This document shows positions 38,740 to 52,504 of a stretch of DNA of 64,000 nt, in pieces (the stretch's first letter is position 1; each line of letters begins with the position of its first letter). Below the pieces are notes generated by a model. The model ran no database searches and was not told the origin of the DNA. It worked only from the letters and a program-made list of their open reading frames with translations. A program made the translations under genes and the position numbers. The DNA is from Ostrea edulis (taxonomy: Eukaryota). The stretch covers positions 68,200,001-68,264,000 of the forward strand of contig NC_079171.1 in NCBI RefSeq assembly GCF_947568905.1, written 5' to 3'.

Positions 38740-40670
38740 CTATGAAAGATCAATTGAAATATACAGTTTTACCAAATATAATTCTAAACAAAAATGACCA
38801 AACCCCTCTTGTCTGCGTTAGATAACGCTATATTTTCCGGTACTTTGCTCGCCAGCCTGGACAATGGATAAGATATGCTCTGTTGAGTATGATATATCCA
38901 TCTACCATTCTGCCAAATTTGCAACTATGTTAAGAGTTCCCAAACTTAGTAGATTTAGTAAATTGATAATATATGGTTCTGTCATCGTTTAAAGTCACCA
39001 TGGCTGGTATTTGAGGAGACACGTCGAATATTATCAAATGTAATATCATTCTCACTAGCAATGTCAGTGTTAAAAGAACTAGTATAATTCATACCTCCCC
39101 AGCAAGATCCACATAGATGCAATGCTACAATAATCCCAGCAAGTTATTTCCACTTCACCTTGTTGCAGACACGTGATTGGTTTTCTAACTTTAGATGCCT
39201 ATACACAGTAATAAAAATGTCATGGTCATAATATAAAACAAAAATCATTGCAACGTAAACGATTTAGTGACACTCTATTTCCCTGAAATAGCTCTAAAAG
39301 TTTATTGTTATTTCGGATTTCAAATATTTCGGTTGAGCATCACTGACGATACATTATGCAAGGTGAATATAACGAAAAGTGATCAATCTCATAATTCCTA
39401 CAAGCAATACAAAAAAGATAGTTGGACAAACACGGACCCCTGGACACACCAGGGGTGGGATCAGGTGCCTAGGAGGAGTAAGCATCCCCTGTTGACCGGT
39501 CACACTCGCCGTGAGCCCCATATCCTGATCAGGTAAACGGAGTTATCCGCAGTCAAAATCAGTGTGCCAAGAACGGCTTAACAATCGGTATGAAACATGT
39601 CAGACAGCATTTGACCCAATGCGAGGTTGTATTGACGAACTAGATCGTTATAACGACCATTGCATTTGCGAAATGCTGACTTCAATCGAGACTGTTGAAA
39701 TCCCTGTACCATCAACTTGTTTGTCAGTAGCTTACCTCGATTTAAAAACTGACTATACCCAGAACAAGCTCTTGCATATCGAATCAGTTGAGATATATAA
39801 ACACCATATGCAGGTGATGATGGAATATTGCTACATAAATGTCTTAAATGTCGAAATGCGCATCTGGTGTATCAAAATTGGTACCGTATAAATTCTACAT
39901 AATGACCCTTGGGTACAGCCCTCTGCTGGTTGACTGTTAGTCGCCGATGATCTTTACAACTCAGTAGCTAAGTACTTCGTTACTAACTTGAACATACGGA
40001 TGTATATTTAATTGCTATTGTGAAATTTAGAAATTCATTTCAAAATTAAGGATACCCAGCTGGTGCATTAACATTGGTACCGTATAAGTTTTACATTGGC
40101 CTATTGTGTGATATCAACATCTGAAATCAAATTTAGGAATTTGCAGTTTAAAACATCACTGATTGTTTTCATTAATGACAAAATATTGTAGCATTTTACC
40201 TACACTGTCTTTATAATCCTGTACATTGTGAATTAAAGTTGCTTTTTTGTGACGTGAATCAGTGCGAAATACACTTAGCTACACGGTACTGCAGTATTTT
40301 CTTTCTTGGGATCTTTGTTTTATTGATATCTGTCTTGACATCGCGCGTTATCTGCAATATTAACACGGTATTCTGTTGTGATGATAGTGTTGGTTTTTCT
40401 TTCATTCTAAATATACGCTATCTATTGAGCACAGTTTGGATCAGAAACATCTTGAAAAAGGCATTGCATTTTTTCGGTGAAGTCTGAAGCTCTGGTAAAC
40501 TATATACTGCTGTGATCCAATAATCATTAATTTCAAGCATGGCAGAACAAAGCTTATGGTACATAGAAGCAATAATACAAATTGGGATGTAGTTGATAAC
40601 GTGAACCTTCCAAATTACAAGTCTACAGTAGTTTTCATCATACCACTGGCTGTGATAGGCCATTGGTTAA
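38740..40670 (-). pseudogene. Diverged paralog of the 17-18 kb decayed ORF, split by insertions at about 39270-40100
   Basis: 38740-39260 aligns to 17070-17600 and 40130-40670 aligns to 17690-18220. Reads IVALH/IYVDLAGEV*IILVLLTLTLL and PYIINLLNLLSLGTL. Confidence 0.3.
39356..39845 (-). mobile_element. Penelope-like 3' fragment inserted in the decayed 7TM-like ORF
   Basis: Near-consensus copy starting atgcaaggtgaatataacg. Confidence 0.85.
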
Positions 40671-41319
40671 AAGGTCCGAGAGTCATGTATTTTCGTAACT
40701 TGTCTTAAAACAGATCTCCGATGTTACGTTAGGTTCTAACACGCTAAATAATCACCAATGAGACAGTTGTGAGCGTTAAACGTTAACATAAATATGTGAC
40801 GAAACGATACATCCATTCTCAAATATACATAATGCAAAAGTGTTGCAGTGATCAACCTCCGAACTCCTATAAGCAATAAAAAAAATTCCTCGACCAATGG
40901 AGTAAGCATACCCTGTCGACCGATCACACCCGCTGTGAGCTTTATACCTTTATCATAAGTGAAAACCAGTGTGTCAAGAATGGCCTAACAATCAGAGTGA
41001 AACACGTCAAACACCATTTGACCCAATGATATGTTTTATTCTGAAACTGGATCACCATAACGACCATATAGTTTGTGAAATGCTGATTTTAAACGAGGTT
41101 GTTGGAACCCCTGCACCATCAGCTCGTTTTTCAGTAGCCTGTTTCGATATTAAAACCTGATAACACGAAGAACACGCAGAACCACTCCTTGTGTATCGAA
41201 TTATGTGATCGCACCTTTCTAAATTATAATCATAAGACTGTTACTGGAAGTTCCTGTAAAATAATGCAATTGTGTTTTCCAGCTCATATTCTTAAGAAGG
41301 ATAACTCAACTGACAACTC

Positions 41320-41855
41320 AACTGTATGACAAACGGGATGATTTCAGCTTCTTCATCGTCAACTTCCCACATTTATGTAGCAATATTCCATTATCACCTG
41401 TATATGGTGTTTATATATCACAACTGATTTGATATGCAAGAGCTTGTTCTGGGTATAGTCAGTTTTTAAATCGAGGTAAGCTACTGACAAACAAGTTGAT
41501 GGTACAAGGATTTCAACAGTCTCGATTGAACTCAGCATTTCGGAAATTCGATGGTCGTTATAACGATCTAGTTCGTCAATATAACCTCGCATTGGGTCAA
41601 ATGCTGTCTGACGTGTTTCATACCGATTGTTAAGCCGTTCTTGGCACACTGATTTTGACTGGGGATAACTCCGTTTACCTGATCAGAATATTGGGCTCAC
41701 GGTTGGTGTGACCGGTCAACGGGGGGTGTTTACTCCTACTAGGCAACTGATTCCACTTCTTGTGTGTCCAGGGGTCCGTGTTTACCCAACTATCTATTTT
41801 GTACTGCTTGTAGGAGTTATGAGATTGATCACTATTCGTTATCTTCACCTTGCAT
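41320..41855 (+). mobile_element. Penelope-like 3' fragment (RT thumb, stop, 3' UTR), ending about 46 bp upstream of LRR exon 2
   Basis: YDKRDDFSFFIVNFPHLCSNIPLSPVYGVYISQLI*YARACS...RKFDGRYNDL...GQMLSDVFHTDC* followed by a UTR ending ttatcttcaccttgcat; absent at the paralogous site near 24020-24090. Confidence 0.85.
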
Positions 41856-41901
41856 TTATTCACTTACTGATATTAATTGTATATATTTCTTTCTCTTTCA
41901 G

Positions 41902-41973
41902 GCACCTCAGCACCAATCAAATAACAAATATACCCGATACAGCATTCTCTGGTCTGGTGAATTTACATACTCT
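41902..41973 (+). CDS. Second 72-nt LRR exon, paralog of 24131-24202, same phase
   Basis: Acceptor tttctttctctttcAG ends at 41901 and GTAAGT starts at 41974. Translates (x)HLSTNQITNIPDTAFSGLVNLHT(L). 62/72 nt identical to the first exon by hand alignment; flanking intron is homologous. Confidence 0.87.
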
Positions 41974-42691
41974 GTAAGTGTATTTTACTTGTAATTGTTA
42001 ACAAAAATAAACGATAAGAAAATCCTCTGTATAATACCCGTTTTACGAAATATAACAATACATATTTAGGCTTTTAAAATAAAACATTAGAATCTTTATC
42101 ACACATACAGAACAAGTACATTCGTGTCAAGATTATTTTCAGGATCTCTAGTCAGTTTAAACTGGACAAAATATTCACGACAATGATAGTGTACACTTTC
42201 TGAACATGTCCTCTATGGGACATTCGCAGTATCTTGTTCAGATGTATTTTAAACAGAAATGTGTATCAGGAATCAATGATAGGCATTTGTATGCTCAAAG
42301 AAAGTCTTACTGGCTGTGTTTATAATGCAGAGACTATTGCAGATAGGATTGGGTCAGTTGGTCTGACCTGAATTTTGAGTGAGTGAGTTCGATTGTTCTC
42401 GGTCGGTGTAAAATTGAGCACCCCTATGGTAGGGATATTGATAATCCTTTTCACATGTAAAACTTATTCGGTACCAATGTTGATGCACCAGCTGCTCATT
42501 TCTACAAATAATGTATTTTCTGTGTTATATTCGATACAACTTGTGTTCTTCAAACTTTTTTTTCGAATGACAAATAATTGGAAATTAATAACATTAATTT
42601 CAAACGATGGTGTTACTGTGTTACTAGTCGAACTCTGAATCATGACAAAGTAAAGATACGCATGCAACGAGAGTCAATCTCATATTTATCA

Positions 42692-43170
42692 TGAAAGGTG
42701 AAGATAACAATAAGGATCAACCTTACAATCCTATAATGAATTCAAAATAACGAGTTGGGCAAACACGGACCCCTGAACACACCTAGGACGAATAAGCATC
42801 CCCTGTCGAACGGTAACATCCACCATGAGCTTTATATCATGATCAGTTAAACGGAATTATCCGTAGTTAAAATTAGGGTGTCAAAAGCGAACTGCCAATC
42901 AGAATGAAACACTCCAGACGACATTTGGGCCAATGATATTCAGTATTTGCAACTATATTGTTATAACGATGATTGCATTTGCGAAACGCATACTATAAAT
43001 GAAACCCCTGCATCATCAACGTGTTTGTAAATAACCTGAACTAATCGGAAAACTGACCATACGCAGAATCAGTTCTTGCGTATGGAATAAGTTGAGAGAT
43101 CTGAACACGATGTGAAGGTGGGAGTTGAATATTGCTGCATAAATATGGGAAGTTGATGATGGAGAAGCTA
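42692..43170 (-). mobile_element. Older Penelope-like 3' fragment; paralog begins at about 63806
   Basis: Diverged match to the family; same flanks at 63780-64000. Confidence 0.72.
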
Positions 43171-44649
43171 AACTCATTTTGTAAATCAAAAAATTAATAC
43201 GAAATTGATAATGGGATAAACACAAACCTTTGGAAACATGGGACAATGCCAAGTGGTTGGTGATTAAGTACATACTGCCGATAGTATCTCGGCACGAGAA
43301 GCTATATACAGCACAGACAATGCGTGTTGTTAATTTAACAAAATCCTCTCGCAATATATTACTTCACCCAGCAATATAAAACCGCGATAGTCTCTCGTGG
43401 TTTTGACTCAAGCCATGCCTAAGCAATTGCGTTGTAAATTACCGTTTTTCAGCAGAATGCTTGTTTGAAACGTATGCCTGATCGCAATTCTGAGTATAAA
43501 CTATAGATCAAATGCTGTTATGATGTTGTGGTATTCTGTTAAAAATTTGAGTATAAACTACAAACTACAAACCAAACGCTGTCATGATATATGCTGTGAC
43601 ATTCTCTTAAAATCCCTGTACCTTTATAAAAAAAATCAAATAACATATTAGATCATGTGTATGGAGTATGCGTACACAATCAGTATTTTCATTCCACGTT
43701 ATTGTGTTTGTACATCCATTTATGCATTTGATTTTTTTTTGGAAAACCACGTTTCCCAAGCATCTGTATACATTGTAAAGTGTAACATATATCTAAATAA
43801 AGTATAATGAAGGTTAATATTTTCTTCATTCCTCGGGTAGTAAAAATTAATTGTAATAATTAGTAAGCAAAACAATCCCTAGTTGATATGAAATAGAATC
43901 AGTCGTGATGAAAACCTAGAAAGTTAACGTCTTATCCAGTGTTCACAATTAAACGTTATATCAAATATATAGAATCAATAGTACACTATATCAGGCAGAA
44001 TCAATTCAGGTCTACACTAAATGCAGTAAACAAAAACATTTCTAGTCTGTAGTTCATGATATATAATATAGTATTCTAAATAAATCTATGTTATCGTAAA
44101 CAGAATGAATCCTATTCTGTGAAGAGGTGAAGAAAGCCAAAAGTGACCAATCTATTACATTTTTTAATGATTACTAAATTAGGAGTTGGACAAACACGGG
44201 CCCCTCAACATACCAGGGGTGTAATCAATCGTCAAAAGGGAAGTACCGCATCCCTTATCGATATGTTACTCATGCGATTGATTACTGTTAATTATCTTCA
44301 CCTTTCATATGGAAAATGGAATTCCTATTGAAAGCAATATCAATTTAAATATACAGAAACAAAATAAACCATAGTACACAAAATCAATCTTAGCGTATAC
44401 CAAGTAAAATCAGTCTTAGTGCATGGGAAAACAATCAATTTTAATAAAGACATGTTCTTAGAAATTCAGAAATATACTCCATTTTATTATAGGGAGGTTG
44501 GTAACGAGGTCACCATCACGATGAGTATTTACATTGCATATAGTGTAGCATAGATACAATTTGTAACGTGTAGATGTCACCCAGCCAAGTGTTGATCTCG
44601 CTCCCTGTTACTTTACTTGCGTGATCAAGAGAGAGACTCTACAACATCA

Positions 44650-46600
44650 CTCGAAAAGATAGCTCATTATCGAGGTAGTATAAGTTCTATCTTACACTGT
44701 TCGCTACACACACCCCTGCTCGGGAAGCTTTGATCCGATGCTTAGCGTGAGTCCTTTCTGATTTTTTAGCACCTGCTTAGTAAGGACATCCGCTATTCCC
44801 GACGACAACAGTCGTCGTTTCCGGACGAAGCCACGTCCTTATCGAGATATTCCAAAATACTCTAACTGAAGGCCTCCTAACAAACACCAGAATTTGATAT
44901 ACATTGACAACTTATGTCTCCATCTCAGCCTATGTTGTTTGTAACTGTGTTATAGATATCTTTCGTCACTACCTGGTAATAGCTTTATTCATCATATTGT
45001 CCTTGAGTTCACAAATAAAGACGTTTAGCTTCTTATGACTTGTCCGCTCTTCTGTAAGCAGAACCTATAATGTTAATATTTTTGTCCCGCATTCTCCAGC
45101 TCCCTCTGTCGCTGGACACCCCTATTTTCCAGATAAGACATGCGATCTTCAAATATGAAAACCTGATTGGTATGCATGTCTTCCTTTTCAGCCTTGATGG
45201 CTTCGCATTGATCTTGCATCTGATTGAGCTTCTCTGTCATCCCTGAGCTGTAGTTGTCTTTAACTTTCCTAGAATATTTGTTTTTCATTTGCGCGAGCTG
45301 TGCTTCCCAGTAAGTCCCCTTTCCCCAACCTTCCTGTGAGTTTCGTCATTTAACTCTTGATAGCGTTTTGTTCTGAAATCTACATCTTCCAACAGTCATT
45401 GTACAGTTGTATTTAACACAGCCTTAACTCCTTAGACCCCCCTCCTCCTAAGAGTGTTTCTCCAGCTCTACTATTTTTCTGTCATGTGTCATTTGTCTGT
45501 CATAAGCTTCGTTATGTTCACGATTTATTGCCGTGAAGTCTACTATTTTTTTTAAACTTATTTGCTTCAGTTGTGAATTATCCCCTTCGAAGATGACACA
45601 TTATCCTGCTGTTCTTCACACAGTGTCCTAACTTCCTCTCGATATTCACTTATTTTTTTTTTTTTGGTTTCTTTTCCTCCACAGCTGTTCCCTGATATAA
45701 TATAAATTTCTCTTCCCCGTTTTCTTGCATCAAACAGGATGTGGCTTTAGTGGATTATTCTCACATATCACTTTTTGATATTTGCAAATGGCCGCATTCC
45801 ATTTTTGCAGCATTAATTCCATAATATCATATCTGTTGCACGTTTCAGTGGTGATTGTTCGTTTGCGGCGGTGTCGTATGAAATACTCTGGCCATTTACC
45901 GTATTTAGTAAATATCTGATTGCATGTTTCTTTGTCAGCTGTTCATCTACGAATACTGATTTTGCTTTGTTCAGCAGTGAATGTATTTTTGATGAAAATT
46001 TTAGAATATATTCTTCATATTGTCTTCTCATGTTCTGCAGCTGAGTTCCATAGATTTCTAGCAAGGTAATCACGTAATCGCTGTGTTATGGCAGAATACA
46101 ATTCAGAAATATTAGGCCTCACAACTGGACTAAGTTGAGTCGCACATGTAAGTGAATCATCCTTCAAGCAAAAAGATAACGCCTCGGACTGTCTATGGGC
46201 AGTCCAACGAATTATTTATGAAATCATGTTTGATTGAGTCCACAATAATTTTCTAGATTGTTTTGGTTTTTACCATTAACACTTGGCAATCTTTCTTTAG
46301 GCTCATCACGATTAGGAGTTTCGTGATTTTCTTGAAATTGGTTCTTTCTTATTGTTCCACAAATTGTGTCCTCTGTATTCATTTCCATATTCAAATATCC
46401 GTACATTGTTACTGGATATATGGTAATGAGAGTTTATATTTCTATTATTAACCCGATAAGAAAATTGTTATTCATTCTTTGTTTGTCTTCACATGCAGCT
46501 GTCATGCATATTTTCTTCCAAGTTTTTGGTATAGCCAGTATTGTGATTATGCATCATAGATGTGACATCGTATGTGCCACAACAACATATAACTGGGCCA
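44650..46600 (-). pseudogene. Second copy of the decayed atlastin/GBP-like ORF
   Basis: Homologous to 27000-29050; ORF-track pieces 45073-45288, 45813-46073 and 46224-46406 are its remnants (NGKNQNNLE/IIVDSIKHDF; FVDEQLTKKHAIRYLLNTVN). Multiple stops and frameshifts. Confidence 0.42.
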
Positions 46601-47490
46601 AATGCTGTCTGACGTTTTTCATACCGAGGTCTTTCTTGGCACACTGATTTTAACTATGGATGACTCCGTTTACCTGATCAAGATACAGGGCTCACGGCGG
46701 GTGTGACCGGTCGACGGTGAATGCTTAATCCCCCTAGACACATAAATCCACCTCTAGTATATCCAGGGTTCCATGTTTGCCCAACTCTCTATTTTGCATT
46801 GCTTATAGGATTTATCATATTGATCACTTCGCAGGACACTTAAGGTAACGAATGAACTAGGTATGATAATGAGATCATAATGAGCTAATACGTCATGACA
46901 GTTGCTCCGCCTTGATCAATCCATATTTGGATACACATACACAAACTCTAATTTTAGGATCATATAAAAATATATCGGAATATTGCCTTTATTCTACGCT
47001 TAAAATAAGTCAATTTTCCCTGATTTGACAATACATCACAAGACATTATGATGAGAAATACCCCGGTGAAGTTTGTCGTATGGTTGGAATCAGCGTCTAA
47101 ACTGCGCTTACTAGGCACATGGCAAAGACGACGCGACGTTCAGAAGATGTCAGCTGTACAACTTTGAAATCGGAAAAATCAAGGTAAATTCTTGTAATTG
47201 AAATAATGATGTATGAATACCTGAAACCAAAGTTGTCAACAATGAAAGTAGACAACATTTACTGTGTTTTATACATTGACTCAATACTTTAGAGGTAGTA
47301 TATACATAGTTTGATGTTCCTTGTTTACATACTGCACACGTCACACGTAGTCGATGTGTAGCATATATTAGGTGCACACACGCAAAATAGGCCTATATGT
47401 TAGAGAACTGATGCTCAAATGGTACCAGTTGTTGTTTGTTTATATAAACATGCTTTACATGAGTACAGGCGAGTATCTAGGCAGTAAAAT

Positions 47491-48067
47491 CCACAGGCAC
47501 CTAAAGTTTGGATATTACATGTACTTACCCCCCCCCCTCTTTCTTTTGATTTTTTTCTTCTTGCTATAATTTCTCTGAAATAAGTAAATTCCCTATCTAT
47601 CTCATCCTTCTTTCGATTCAAGTAATCCTTTCACGCTTTTTGTAAGCTTCTACCGGTATGATTTAATTTATTTATTGATCCACCAAGCATGTTGGCATAC
47701 AATCATTTTACACAATATGAGAATGATGACAAACTAAATACTAACAGTTCATATGCATATTTGTAAAGACGTTTATATATATTTGGCATGTACATATGAC
47801 GTCAAACTGTATATATAATTTAGCATTACATGTATAACATTAGCAACCTATAATTTATTACAAAATTTGTGCTCATTTTTTTTTTATACCCGGACAAGGC
47901 CAATCTCTAAAGCTTACAAAAAATGTGAAACGATTACAGTACTTTAGAAATCGAAAAAGAAATGAGTTAGACCGGGAATCAACACATTTCAGATTTATCG
48001 CTGCAAAAAATATTTTCAAAAATAGGGGGGGGGGGGGCGCTAGTATCAGTGCATCAGGTATCTGTGG
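47491..48067. repeat. Degenerate inverted repeat (arms about 158 bp, spacer about 260 bp), MITE/foldback-like
   Basis: 47491-47648 aligns to the reverse complement of 47911-48067 (ccacag..acct, C-run, tctgaaat, tttcgatt, gtaatc.tttcac..tttttgtaagct). Confidence 0.7.
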
Positions 48068-51000
48068 TAATATCTTGTACAAATGCACCTGTAACTACAT
48101 TAATTTTGATGCTCTAGATTTACAGTCACATTTAATTTTATCAAGTGACATGCTAGAAAAAAAATAAACTTGGGATATTTTCGCTTACATTACAGTTTGA
48201 ATAAATGGAAGAAAAGTAAAAGACCCGGAATGCATACTGATTGACCACATTTTTTATGTGTATTTGAGACCCTTCTTTAATACATTGAATGTTTGCGGCA
48301 TATGTATTTATAATATGAGATAATGTTATTTACAGATGTGCATGATACCAACAAGAATGCGAACTTTTCAAAGAGCATGATATTTCCAATTTTCCACATC
48401 TCTAGACCAGTGACCACAAATGTACATACAAGGTAATTTTTACAAACTTTAAATAATCCAATCAGGCACTGGATATACATAAATATAGGCTTTATTTACA
48501 TCTAGTCAATATTAATTTCTTCAAAATGATAAATAAGAGAAAATGCATATGAAGCATGTTTTGATATTGCTGTATGGTATGAAATTTGAATGTTTTTATG
48601 TTATAATGCACATATAAACTTGAACACTTAGACCTACAGTATTGTGTTTTAAATATTTTTGACTGGCAACTTTCATCTTTTTTTCCATTTAGTACCCACA
48701 GATGACAGCCATATTGACTCCAGTAGATAATATTCATCTCCATCAGCTGGTTACTAGCTGTACATAGTAGTCAAACCAGGATATCCACTAATTGCATTCA
48801 GTGATGTGAATTGTCATCTGCATTTGTGCTTATGAACTTTAGTAAACTGTCAAGTTTTAATATCAAGAAAATGACTGCTGAAAAAGCATCTAATCTTGTG
48901 TTCTATGAATGTTTTCAATTAAACACAAAACAAAATGAGAAATAGTTTTATTGAAACTTAATTGAAATTCACTTTGAATTACTTTGCATTGACTGAGTAC
49001 TTCAAATTTTAATCTTTCTACATTTTCATGGTCAAGTGATAAAAAGTATTTGAGAGTGAAGGGGGGGGGGTGTCATATGAAATAAAAAGATTGACACTCA
49101 TTTGGTGAACTAGATATTTTACACACTGCAGCCACTTATCTTTATTTTCAATAATGAATTAAGAATATTTCTTAAAACTGGGAAAACACCCCCCCCCCAA
49201 GTAGTGGAGGAGTGTGTGTCACTTCTGGTTTTCCAGTAGCTAGATACATATTTTGTTGAAAGCAATTTTGATTTTCAAGTTGTCACCTTAAACTATTTCT
49301 AAAAGAAATCCAACTCGAGTCGTCAAGTATTCCCACGGATTTTTTTTTATATATACACAGTGATATAATACAAATATTCATTGTAGAACAAGATACATAT
49401 ACCCCCCCCCCACCACCACCTCATTATGTATGTTTCATTGCAAGAGCAGATGCTGCATGGGTCCAGACTCCTACCCAAACCCACTCAATTTGAAAAGTAA
49501 TAACTCCATGACATTTTAATCGTTTTTAAAACTATCAAATTAAGTTATCCCCTTCCCTAAACTGTGTTTCATTGCAAGAGCCGCATGGGTCCAGATATAG
49601 ACAACCACCCTTCAACAGTGTTTCATGAAAACATACATGTAGTGTATCATATTTTTGTATATATTCTACATCTATTTAGTAGATACTGCATGTTTGTAAC
49701 CTTGTTTAGACACCCCCCACCCCCAATGCAGGGATTGACACCCGAGACTATATTCCTGGATCAGCGCATGATTTGCACCGCGAATCGTCAGTTACAAATT
49801 ACGCACTGAGTTCGATCAGAAATATAAGAACTTGTTGTACTAATGGCCATCACGTATGATGTGTTCGAGGTAATGCAGATAATTCAACACCGCACCGATC
49901 TCTGAAATTAAATGCATACTTCTTTGCATCAGATTAAATTTTCAAAAAAATATATAGATACTAGTGTGTTGTTGTATTCATACCAAAGCGAAGAAATATT
50001 TCTTGAATATATGTAATACATATATTACACACTTGTTTGTTTAACACATTCACATTGTAGGAATTATTTCGTTTTAGGCCTAGATCGAGGGTAGATAGTG
50101 CATATATATTTATGTGTGTAGTCTGATTAAAACCAGCTCCCTTCTAATGGTCCCTGACGACGATAGGGGAAAAAAAAGGGGGGGGGGGTAATCAGACTCT
50201 CATTCATTCATGAGGTATAATATTGGAATTTAAATAATCTGATTGTAAACAGATCTTTTATCCGCTCCGTTATCATTATGTCGATACAAACGCACAATGT
50301 TTGAATACAAACTAGAGTTTATAATGTCTCTGAAATTAGTTGTTAAATATAACTGTCTTGGTTACTGGAAGTACAAGATCAACAGTCCGGTACAATAAAT
50401 TTATTACCAAACTGTTAACAGGCACTGTCCCTTGGTGCCCCCTGTAATCAAGTCAACAATTCATTCTTTCTTTACTGAACACTTCATACAATTAATTGTT
50501 TTCATTTATATAATCATTATATTCTAACCTCTCTGCATTAGCATAAACCATTCAGAACAACTGGATCTTACATGTACATATGTTTTATACTTGCATACTG
50601 TACTTACTAAACTATAATAATACTGATTTGATTACAATTCTATATGTATTCACACAACACACTTGGACCTATCCACTGTCTCAGAAACTGATGTGTGAGA
50701 CAGTTGGGTTATTTTATTGTATATCATGTTGTTAATTTAAATCTTGTCTGCAATCAGTATTTCATATATAGTTATAGAAATGTGCAGTGCAGAAGTGTGA
50801 ACTCTGATAGTATTAGTAATTCTGAATGATTGTTTTCTTATTTTCATTACTATACATGCCCCCCCCCCCCCCCTTCCCAAGGAACCTTGATTGGCGAATA
50901 AACAATAGAGAGAGAGTTAGAGTTAAAAGATTAAAACTAAAGTAAATGTTTCTTGGTTAAAATACATTGGTTGTCCTGCGTACATGTATCATGTATACGT

Positions 51001-52504
51001 TTACATAATAAATTGTAATTTTCCCGCCGTGTTACTTCCCTTTCCAGTATCTAATTTTGGATCAATATTCTACATCAGTGCTGCGTTTGAATATTAATTA
51101 GATAGCGTGTTTACATGCATATCAAAGATAAAACTGGACGGCGGTAAGAGGAAAATAAATGTATTGTGATACCATGATATTATTTGAAAGCTTTGAACAA
51201 GGCTTTATCTAAAAATCACTGTCCAAATCTTGAAATATTATTGAACAATACACTGGACTCGAGAAAAAACACAAATAAACAAAGTGCAGGGGTAGGTTTT
51301 CATCTTGCGGACCATTTTTAACTTATTTGCAAGCGGATTATCCAATTTGGACAGTGAATACTCGATTCTGTGAAACTTATTCTTTTCTATCATGTCATGT
51401 TTTTATTATTTGATGTACAGCTGGCTGTGCGCCGTGTCGATTTATGATCATCTATTTGCGTCTTGTATAATCTGGTCAAATGACGTCATATGACCCTTGA
51501 CATCTTAAGTAAACATGCGAAGTGAAAGTACAGGAGGCGTATATATGTTGTGGTACTTGAAAAGTGTCTTTAGTTTTTTTAATATTAATAAATGACCTAC
51601 ACCCAAAACAATAGGATATGAAGCTTCATTTTTCTGAATAATTCTTAAACATGACCTTAAGTCAAACGCGTTTTATTTCCCTCTCCTAGTTAAGATTAAT
51701 CATTGGCAAGAATAAGATACTTGTTCACCTATTCATTATGTTTACACTTCATTAACAGCTAAAAAAAAACCGCTGTCGTCAATTGTTACGAATTTATTTG
51801 ATAAAGAACAAGTTTAAAAATTAACAAATCTATTTAATTAAATATTATTACAATAAATCAATAATTTCAAATTGTTAGTGTCCTTGACTCAGTGCTCTCT
51901 TCTTTACTCCTACCAACGCTAACCGTGACTTCAGAAATCTTCACGAGCTCTTAATTTTACAACTGGACATCTGGTTGCTGACAAGTAATTCTAATCACTA
52001 ACTCAAACTGCTAGCGACATTCTGGTTTTTTTTTTAGATAAGAGATGTTTATCAAGACTCGGTTGTAAATAAGTAGATAACTAAGTCACCATTACATTGA
52101 GTAACTACATGTTTTAAAGCAACACATATATAAGAAAGTATATCAATAAAACAAGAAATACACAGAAACATTCGTTATTTTTCAAGCTGTGCCACATTCT
52201 CAACATAATCACGGTTATTTCTAATTATAAACAACAACATCGGGATCGAGATATCCATGACATCGTCCGAATTCCTGTAATATTGAGGAGATAAGAAAAC
52301 AGTATGTAAAGATTTCCCGATGAGTGTCAAGTATAAACGATGAGACATGTGTTTTATAATAATAAAGTGACAATATTACTAAACGTAGTAAATGATAATA
52401 CTGTAGTAGGAATTTGTACAACCTGCACAAAACACAAAAATCAACCAAATCTGCTTTTTCTCTATAAATAAATAGGCGTTACATAAACATTTACTACAAG
52501 GATA

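Noticed and set aside
39562-39891. Recurrent MCQERLNNRYETRQTAFDPM... and MTGQQGMLTPPRHLIPPL... ORFs as a small-protein family
   Set aside because: These are the antisense frame of the Penelope RT C-terminus and a frame of its 3' UTR; recurrence reflects repeat copy number.
41708-41977. 89-aa ORF with a hydrophobic segment followed by an LRR
   Set aside because: Chance read-through of a Penelope 3' UTR and polypyrimidine tract into the real 72-nt exon; absent in the paralogous module.
48338-48434. Possible exon ttacAG...GTAATT
   Set aside because: About 97 nt, only one open frame, with no recognisable product or paralog support.
46848-51662. Kolobok-type element bounded by TTAA
   Set aside because: ttaaggtaacg and catgaccttaa share only about 8 bp of inverted match; not enough to call TIRs.
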